Source: Gemmatimonadota bacterium (GTDB lineage Bacteria > Gemmatimonadota > Gemmatimonadetes > Gemmatimonadales > GWC2-71-9). From it: DNA of 64,000 nt. Below the pieces are notes generated by a model. It was not told the origin of the DNA. It saw only the letters and a program-made list of their open reading frames with translations, and made no database searches. The translations under genes were made by a program, and so were the position numbers. Positions within the stretch are counted from its first letter, which is position 1. Every line of letters begins with the position of its first letter. The stretch spans positions 1-64,000 of the forward strand of contig JBDHDE010000016.1 of the NCBI GenBank assembly GCA_039591655.1. Direction: 5' to 3'. Positions 57,505 through 64,000 of the stretch are shown one piece after another.

Positions 57505-57845
57505 CGCCCGAGGGCCTGCCTCGCAGCTGGCGCTTGACGCGCAGATCAGATATCACGGCGGTGATGCGGGATGCCCGCCGCCGCCGCACCCCGAGATTGG
57601 ACATTTCCTGGCGAGCCAACGAGTTGGGACACCCGCGCCTCGGCGTCGTCGTGCCACGACACCGCCACACCATTGTCGAACGCAACCGGTTGCGCCGCCG
57701 GCTCAGAGAGATCGCGCGACGCGACCTGCTACCGCAGCTGGCCCCTGTCGACGTGGTCATCCGCTCCCGGGCGGCGGCCTACGGCGCCGGGTTCCCGGAT
57801 CTCGCCGACGACCTCGGCCGGTGGATTCGCTCGCTGTCCGGTTGA
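57501..57845 (+). CDS. rnpA: RNase P protein component
   Basis: [19 protein letters not shown] and [11 protein letters not shown]; likely CTG start at 57501. Confidence 0.9.
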   Translation: MTPEGLPRSWRLTRRSDITAVMRDARRRRTPRLDISWRANELGHPRLGVVVPRHRHTIVERNRLRRRLREIARRDLLPQLAPVDVVIRSRAAAYGAGFPDLADDLGRWIRSLSG

Positions 57846-58060
57846 GCCGCCTGCCTCGCCAGGTGGTCGTGGTGCTAATCCGCGCCTACCAGTTTGTGGC
57901 GTCCCCGTTCCCGTCGCCCTGCCGCTACGAGCCGACCTGCTCCACCTACTCTCTGGATGCGGTCCGCCGCTACGGCGCGGTGCGGGGCTGCTGGCTGGGC
58001 CTGCGGCGCATCCTGCGCTGCCACCCGTTCCACGCGGGTGGCTACGACCCGGTGCCGTGA
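57842..58060 (+). CDS. yidD: Membrane protein insertion efficiency factor YidD
   Basis: CRYEPTCSTY and RILRCHPF..GGYDPVP motifs; TTGA overlap. Confidence 0.93.
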   Translation: MSRLPRQVVVVLIRAYQFVASPFPSPCRYEPTCSTYSLDAVRRYGAVRGCWLGLRRILRCHPFHAGGYDPVP

Positions 58061-58071
58061 GGGCCCGCTGA

Positions 58072-59724
58072 ATGGACCGGCGCACGCTTCTGGCCATCGG
58101 TCTCATGCTGATCGTCGCGGTGCTGCCCGCGATCCTCCTCCGGCCCGATCGCCAACCGGCCACGACGTCGGCGCCGGGTGACACCCTCCAGCCCCAGCCG
58201 CGCGAGACGACGGCCGTAGCAGCGCCGGCGGCGGTCCCCGAGGTCGCACCTCCTCCCGTGGTGACGGCCCCATCACCGGACACCACGACTGAGCAGGTGA
58301 TCAGCGTCGAGTCGCCGCTCTACCGGTACGACTTCTCGACCCGGGGTGCGCACCTCGCGGGTGCCGTCCTCAAGGAGTACCGCAGCTTCGCCCCCGGGGA
58401 CTCGGGGGCTGCGCAGATCATCCCCGCCGGCTCGCGCTGGCTCGAGTACAGCCTGGTAATCGAGGCCGACACGCTCTCCCTGGCCGACTGGAGCTTCGCG
58501 CCCACGGCCACCGAGCTCGACGTGACGGCCGCCGGAACACAGCTCGGGTGGGTCGCGGTGCGAGGCCCCCTCACAGTGGAGCTCACCTACACCTTCGACC
58601 CGGACGAGTACCTGTTCGACGTAGCAGGCCGGGTCCGCGGGATCGAGAGCGGCCTCGTGGTGATCCGTCTGGGGCCGCGGCTCGCCATGGTGGATGCGGA
58701 CAGCGTGTGGGACATCCGATCCTACGGAGTCGTCACGAAGGCCCGCAACACGGAGCGGCTGAACTTCCGCTCGCTCGATCCCGCTGAGCAGCGCGCGCTG
58801 GAGGGGCCGTTCGAGTGGGTGGCCATCAAGTCGAAGTACTTCCTCGGCGCGGTGCTGGCCCTCGGTGAGGGGCAACCGCAGTTCGGCGGTGCGTTGGCCA
58901 CCGGTGGGCCGCGCCCGGGGAATCACGCCGTGCACACCGACGTGGTGACCTCGCTGCCGGCGCCGGGCGGGCAGTTCGCGTTCTCCGGGTACTTCGGACC
59001 GCAGGAGTTCCGCCGACTCTCCGGGATGGGACACGACCTGGAGGACGTGAACCCCTATGGCTGGATCTTCCGGCCGATCATCATGCCGTTCGCGAACCTG
59101 ATCGTGCGCATCCTGCTGTGGATGCACGACACCCTGCAGGTCGGCTACGGCTGGGTGCTGATCATATTCGGACTGCTGGTGCGCATCGTGCTGTGGCCGC
59201 TGAACCAGAAGGCCATGCGCTCTAGCATGGCCATGCAGGCGATCCAGCCGGAGCTGAAGGCAGTTCAGGAGCGCTACAAGCAGGATCCGCAGCGGATGCA
59301 GCAGGAGGTGATGAAGCTGTACCGCGAGCACGGGGTGAACCCCCTGGGAGGGTGCGTCCCCATGCTGATCCCCATGCCGGTGCTGTTCGCCCTGTTCTTC
59401 GTCTTCCGGGAGACCATCGAGTTCCGTGGCGTGCCGTTTCTGTGGCTGCCCGATCTGTCGCGCCCCGACCCGCTGTACATCATCCCCATCTTCATGGGTC
59501 TCTCGATGTTCCTGGTCATGCGGCTGGGACAGCTCGGGGTCCCGCCCAACCCGCAGGCGAAGATGATGTTGTACGTGATGCCGGGCTTCCTCACGTTCAT
59601 CTTCCTGAAGCTGTCGGCGGGCTTGAACCTGTACTACGCGGTGAGCAACGTCGCATCGATTCCGCAGCAGTACCTGATCGCGAAGCGTCGGCTGGGGCAA
59701 CGGACGGCCAAGAAGCGGGAGTGA
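58072..59724 (+). CDS. yidC: Membrane protein insertase YidC
   Basis: YGWVLII, NPLGGCVP, FLWLPDLS and AGLNLYY motifs. Confidence 0.95.
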   Translation: MDRRTLLAIGLMLIVAVLPAILLRPDRQPATTSAPGDTLQPQPRETTAVAAPAAVPEVAPPPVVTAPSPDTTTEQVISVESPLYRYDFSTRGAHLAGAVLKEYRSFAPGDSGAAQIIPAGSRWLEYSLVIEADTLSLADWSFAPTATELDVTAAGTQLGWVAVRGPLTVELTYTFDPDEYLFDVAGRVRGIESGLVVIRLGPRLAMVDADSVWDIRSYGVVTKARNTERLNFRSLDPAEQRALEGPFEWVAIKSKYFLGAVLALGEGQPQFGGALATGGPRPGNHAVHTDVVTSLPAPGGQFAFSGYFGPQEFRRLSGMGHDLEDVNPYGWIFRPIIMPFANLIVRILLWMHDTLQVGYGWVLIIFGLLVRIVLWPLNQKAMRSSMAMQAIQPELKAVQERYKQDPQRMQQEVMKLYREHGVNPLGGCVPMLIPMPVLFALFFVFRETIEFRGVPFLWLPDLSRPDPLYIIPIFMGLSMFLVMRLGQLGVPPNPQAKMMLYVMPGFLTFIFLKLSAGLNLYYAVSNVASIPQQYLIAKRRLGQRTAKKRE

Positions 59725-59798
59725 GGCGCCCGCGCTACCGAAGCCAACGTTCCAGGCGCCGCCTGTCTCCCCCCCAGCCATCTCCGTAACTTTTCTCT

Positions 59799-61151
59799 GT
59801 GCTCTCGGACACCATTGCAGCCCTCTCCACGCCCCCGGGCAGATCCGGTATCGCGCTGATCCGGATCTCCGGAGAGAAGGCGCACGCAGTCGCGGCAGCG
59901 GTGCTCGCCGATTTCAGGGCCGAGCCGCTGCGCACGGCGCGGCTCACGAGAGCCGTGCATCCGCAGACGGGGGACCCCCTCGATGAGGTGCTGTATCTCG
60001 CGTACCGGCGACCCTCGTCTTACACCGGCGAGGACATGGTGGAGGTCACGACCCACGGTGGGCTGCTCATCCCGGCAGAGGTGCTGGGTGCACTGCTGGC
60101 TGCGGGCGCCCGGACGGCAGAGCCGGGGGAGTTCACGCGCCGGGCTGTGCTGAACGGCCGGCTTGATCTACTGCAGGCCGAGGCGGTCGGGGATCTCATC
60201 GAGGCTACGGCGCCGGCCCAGCGCCGTGCGGCGCTCGGCCAGCTCGACCGCGGCCTGTCGCACCGTATCGGGGAGCTGCGCGATGGGGTGCTGGAGCTGG
60301 AATCGCTGGTGTCCTACGAGATCGACTTCCCCGAGGAAGACAGCGGCCCCGTGCCGCCTGAGCGGATCGCTGACGCCATCGCGCGGCTGCGCCGTCGGCT
60401 CGGGGATCTGATCGACACGGCGGGCGAGGGAGAGCGGTTGCGGGAAGGCGCCCTGGCGGTCATCGCCGGACGCCCCAACAGCGGCAAGTCTTCGCTGTTC
60501 AACGCGCTCCTCGGGAGTGAGCGGGCCATCGTCACGCACATCCCCGGCACCACCCGGGACGCCATCGAGGCACCCGTGACCTGCAACGGGTTCCCGTTCC
60601 GTCTCATCGACACCGCCGGCCTGCGGAGTACCCAAGACACCGTGGAGCGTCTGGGGATCGAGGTGAGCCAGCGGTATCTCGACGCCGCCGACCTCGTGAT
60701 CTTCTGCGTCGAGGCGGGACGCGACCTCTCCGTGGAAGAGCGGGACTTCCTCGGCGCCGTGCGGGTGCCGGCAGTCACCGTGCGGACCAAAGTCGATCTG
60801 CTGGAGGCCGGCGCCCGGCCCCCCGCATCGGCCCGGGAGGTTGCCGTCTCAGCCGAGACGGGAGAGGGGCTCGTGACGCTGCGGGAGGCCCTCGCCGGGC
60901 ACGCGTTCACCACCCTCGCGGGACGCGGCGACGTCGAGCCGGTGGTGACCCGGGCTCGTCAGCGGGCGGCGCTGGAGCGGGCGGTGGCAGAGGTCACGCA
61001 GTTCGCGGCGGCCCGCGCCTCGGGACTCGAGAGCGCCGTTGCCGCTACGCACCTGCGCGCGGCAGTGACGGCACTGGAAGACGTGATCGGGATCGTGACG
61101 ACGGAGGATGTGCTGGAGCGTGTGTTCGCGACGTTCTGCGTGGGGAAGTGA
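59799..61151 (+). CDS. mnmE: tRNA modification GTPase MnmE (TrmE)
   Basis: DTIAALSTP, SYTGED, GRPNSGKSS, DTAG and C-terminal FCVGK. Confidence 0.96.
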   Translation: MLSDTIAALSTPPGRSGIALIRISGEKAHAVAAAVLADFRAEPLRTARLTRAVHPQTGDPLDEVLYLAYRRPSSYTGEDMVEVTTHGGLLIPAEVLGALLAAGARTAEPGEFTRRAVLNGRLDLLQAEAVGDLIEATAPAQRRAALGQLDRGLSHRIGELRDGVLELESLVSYEIDFPEEDSGPVPPERIADAIARLRRRLGDLIDTAGEGERLREGALAVIAGRPNSGKSSLFNALLGSERAIVTHIPGTTRDAIEAPVTCNGFPFRLIDTAGLRSTQDTVERLGIEVSQRYLDAADLVIFCVEAGRDLSVEERDFLGAVRVPAVTVRTKVDLLEAGARPPASAREVAVSAETGEGLVTLREALAGHAFTTLAGRGDVEPVVTRARQRAALERAVAEVTQFAAARASGLESAVAATHLRAAVTALEDVIGIVTTEDVLERVFATFCVGK

Positions 61152-61397
61152 TTAGCGTCGGCTCTCCTCGTCGGGCCCCTCCAACACCAGCCGCCACACC
61201 TCATCCACCAGCCACTGGAGCCGCTCCTGGGCGTACTCCAGGTCGGACCGTCCCATCTCCGGCACGCTGCCGGAAACGTCCCGTACGTGTTCCAGGAGCT
61301 CGTCGAGCACCTCGCGCAGGACCCGCTTCCTGCGCCTGTCGGGCAGGGGCTTCTCGCCGGCGCGGCGCGGCGTCTGGTCCGGCGGCTTGCGGTTCAC
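61152..61397 (-). CDS. Small helical hypothetical protein
   Basis: 81 aa; GTGA overlap with the upstream gene. Confidence 0.65.
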   Translation of the reverse strand: MNRKPPDQTPRRAGEKPLPDRRRKRVLREVLDELLEHVRDVSGSVPEMGRSDLEYAQERLQWLVDEVWRLVLEGPDEESRR

Positions 61398-62338
61398 GCG
61401 GTCTGCACGTCGCGGGAGCGTTGATCGACGACGTCACACTGCAGCGCGTCCGCCCGGAGGGCGCGCGCAATACCCTGTTCGGCCACGATGGCCTCCACCA
61501 TGCGGTAGCCGAGGTAGTAGCCCGAGCGCTCCGGAATCACCTTCCCGTCGACGATGCGCTGGGCGGGTGACATGCCCCCGGAAAGGAAGCGCAGCCGGTA
61601 GCCGAGACCGCGGGAGTCGAGCTCGGGCTGCACGGCGTGGAGCAGGAATGCCTCGAGCTGACGCAGGCGGCGGTACTGGCGCCTGGGGTACCCCATGTAA
61701 TCCCACGGCTCGAACCCTGGGGCCACCGCGCGTGAGGCCGCGACGGCGAGGCCCTCGTTGACCATGAGCTCGCGCAGCGTGGCCTGGCTGCCGGTCTCCC
61801 AGTAATCGTACGAGCCGTTCATGCCACGGATGACGGCCGCCAACTCGCTCTGCGAATCCGGGGATGTGTACCGCACGGTGTGCGCCACCTCGTGAGCCAC
61901 CCACAGCCGGATCTGCTCGGGCGCGAGGCCGAGCCCGAGAGACTCGTGGTTGGGCCGTCCCGTGAAGTGCTCGAGGCAGATGAACGCGATGCCCCGGCCA
62001 TCCACCACCAGCTCACCTGCATTGGCCCCGCCCACGCCCACCATGAGCACCACGTCGAATTGCCGGTCCACCTCGAAGACCTCCTCGCACCGCTCCATGG
62101 CTTCCTGCGCCAACGCCGCTACGTCGGCGCCTGCCAGCAGAGCGTGGAGGTCGCGGCGCTCGGCGGTTAGCGCGCGGCGGATGACCTCTTCGGCGTGGGG
62201 GCTCTCGAGATTGAGGATGTAGTTGTGCCAGTAGGCGGAGAGAATGCCGCGGTGGTCGTCCAGGTGACGGCGATACGCCTCCAACGGGTCCGGTGCGTCG
62301 AGTGCGGCGAGGAATTCCGGAACGAGGTTGATAAGCAT
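61394..62338 (-). CDS. Putative Zn-dependent protease (DUF2268-like gluzincin)
   Basis: HEVAH, downstream NEGLA and GYYLGYRMV; ATG at 62338. Confidence 0.72.
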   Translation of the reverse strand: MLINLVPEFLAALDAPDPLEAYRRHLDDHRGILSAYWHNYILNLESPHAEEVIRRALTAERRDLHALLAGADVAALAQEAMERCEEVFEVDRQFDVVLMVGVGGANAGELVVDGRGIAFICLEHFTGRPNHESLGLGLAPEQIRLWVAHEVAHTVRYTSPDSQSELAAVIRGMNGSYDYWETGSQATLRELMVNEGLAVAASRAVAPGFEPWDYMGYPRRQYRRLRQLEAFLLHAVQPELDSRGLGYRLRFLSGGMSPAQRIVDGKVIPERSGYYLGYRMVEAIVAEQGIARALRADALQCDVVDQRSRDVQTA

Positions 62339-62386
62339 GGAGGCGCACACAATTTGAAGCGCCGCCGTGTGACTGACAAGTGCCGT

Positions 62387-64000
62387 TTAGCGAAGCTCGA
62401 CGTCGACGTGTGTCGAGTCTGTCTCTCGGTTCGCGACACCGGCGCGCACTGTCACGACAATGCGATAACGCCCACGCGGCACCTCACCCGGTTCGAAGAT
62501 CACGCGCTCCCGGATGATGGAAGTGGCCTCCACCTGTCGCTGGAACGTGATCCTGACCTCGTCACCGCCACGCTGCGGCACGAAGGCGTATTCGACCTCG
62601 TAGCGCGCCACGCCGCCCGAGTCGGCCGGCAGGTCGTAGATCTCGGTGTACAGCGCCAGGGGATCGCCGGACGGGAGGCGGCGTGTGCCCGGCATCGCCC
62701 GGGCCACTTCCTCTCTGGTGAACCCGGTGTCGGCGAGCACCCCCACCAACACACTGGAAACGGTGAGCCGGTCGCGCCACAGGCCGGTGACGGCGAAGTC
62801 GGTGCGCAGCCTGCCCAGGCGCTCGTCGTGCCGCACGTCCACCCCGAGATGGTACGCACCGGCGGGAACGTGGAACACGAAGGGGCTCGACCCCGGCACC
62901 CGGGCGAGCTCGGTCCACTCCACGTCCCACACGGCGGCGGTCCCCGCTTCGGGCGCCGCCCCCACGTACACGAGCTGATAGCTGCGTACCGCGCCCCGGA
63001 AGGTGGCCACCCAGCCGTGCACGTCGAGCTCCGCCTCCACCGAGGTCTCATCCCGTTCCAGCATCAGCACGCTGTTGTGCAGCTCCGCCCTGCTGGTGGG
63101 ATACACCACCATGTCGCCGCCATCAATGCGTGCGAAGGTGATGGACGCCCATCCGTCTTCGAGCTTGTAGGTCCACAGCTCCACCTCGGCCGGCGTGGGC
63201 CCCACGGTGCGCCACAACCGGTCGGGCTTGCCGAAGCGAACGTACATGAGGCCGCGCCCATCCATCCGGTAGCGGCGGTAGCGGGTGAGCGAATCGGGCT
63301 CCGGCACGTCCCGCAGGTCGACACCGAGTCCGGCGGCCTGCACTTGGTCCTCCAGTCGCGAGTGTCCCGGGAGCGGCTGGCCTACGAACCCGAAGCTTCG
63401 GGAGGCCGCCAACACCGCGCCGGCCATGCCCCCGCCGAACAGGGCGCGCCTCAGCACGGAGCGGTGGAATACCGATTGGGGATGCCTGAGCTGGTACCAG
63501 CTGCGGGCGTGGGCCAGCCGCACGAAGTGCTCCGCGATGCGCTCGTTCACTGCCGTGTTGAGATCGGGCTCCCGGCGGGCCCAGAAGGTGCGAAAGAACG
63601 CCTCGCGCCGCTCGGCTGCCGTACCGGCGTACATGCTCTCCTCCTGCGGCGAAGCGATGACCCTCACTTGCTGCCACAGGATCCCGAGCGAGTCCGTCGC
63701 GGCCTGAGTCAGGGCCTGCTCGTAGCGCTCCAGGCCGGCCACGGTGTCTCCCCTCTCGAGCGCGGCTTGCGCCTGCACCGCCCAAACCGCCGCGTCGTCA
63801 CGACCGGCGGCGACTTGCTCGGCAAGGATGGCCTCGGCGGAGTCGTAGGCCCCCGCCTCTACCAGTAGCCTGGAGCGCAGCAGACCCGTCGCCGGGTCGT
63901 TCCCGTGCCGCGACAGTATCGAAACAGCTCGGCGCAGGTGTCGCCGGCCGTGGTACAGCTGATCCCACATCTCCCATGTGTCGCGATAGTCGGGGTCCAG
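62387..64000 (-). CDS. TPR plus divergent GWxTD-like domain protein, 5'-truncated by window edge
   Basis: TPR-like helices; FWARREPDLNTAVNER..EHFVR; DGRGLMYVRFGKPD; C-terminal beta-sandwich (GRYRIVVTV). Confidence 0.72.
   Translation of the reverse strand: MDPDYRDTWEMWDQLYHGRRHLRRAVSILSRHGNDPATGLLRSRLLVEAGAYDSAEAILAEQVAAGRDDAAVWAVQAQAALERGDTVAGLERYEQALTQAATDSLGILWQQVRVIASPQEESMYAGTAAERREAFFRTFWARREPDLNTAVNERIAEHFVRLAHARSWYQLRHPQSVFHRSVLRRALFGGGMAGAVLAASRSFGFVGQPLPGHSRLEDQVQAAGLGVDLRDVPEPDSLTRYRRYRMDGRGLMYVRFGKPDRLWRTVGPTPAEVELWTYKLEDGWASITFARIDGGDMVVYPTSRAELHNSVLMLERDETSVEAELDVHGWVATFRGAVRSYQLVYVGAAPEAGTAAVWDVEWTELARVPGSSPFVFHVPAGAYHLGVDVRHDERLGRLRTDFAVTGLWRDRLTVSSVLVGVLADTGFTREEVARAMPGTRRLPSGDPLALYTEIYDLPADSGGVARYEVEYAFVPQRGGDEVRITFQRQVEATSIIRERVIFEPGEVPRGRYRIVVTVRAGVANRETDSTHVDVELR

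Noticed and set aside
59725..59798. Absence of jag/khpB between yidC and mnmE
   Set aside because: jag is patchily distributed, so its absence is ordinary.

Overview
High-GC (visually ~65-70%) bacterial chromosome window containing the replication origin region. Protein styles (GWxTD proteins, 6-bladed beta-propeller lipoprotein, pilin-like protein) suggest Gemmatimonadota; this is inference only. Gene order: fadJ (partial)-fadI, methyltransferase, glpD, deoxyhypusine synthase-like/LOG/class V aminotransferase, queG, capA/Nif3/bactofilin/M23/parB/parA, two parS sites, mnmG, ABC exporter, orphan anti-sigma factor, SUF operon (sufR-B-C-D-S-U plus a Rieske protein), a regulated membrane-protein operon, MocA-like transferase, variant peptide deformylase, RNase D, SufT-like protein, a frameshifted DUF393 gene, envelope hydrolases, MMPL transporter, a GWxTD-SLT-polA-pilin-like operon, Ser/Thr kinase-pyrE-MCP, RNase P RNA, dnaN-oriC-dnaA, and rpmH-rnpA-yidD-yidC-mnmE. 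I found no transposase, integrase, CRISPR array, tRNA or rRNA. The most unusual signal is a ~190-350 bp modular, palindrome-rich intergenic element present in two diverged copies; one copy lies between the two parS sites, where rsmG usually sits. Other points of interest are likely CTG starts in CTGA overlaps, a leaderless pilin-like gene coupled to polA, a deformylase with DDCFS in place of EGCLS, and an AT-rich DnaA-box locus away from oriC. All calls come from manual motif recognition; no database searches were run.
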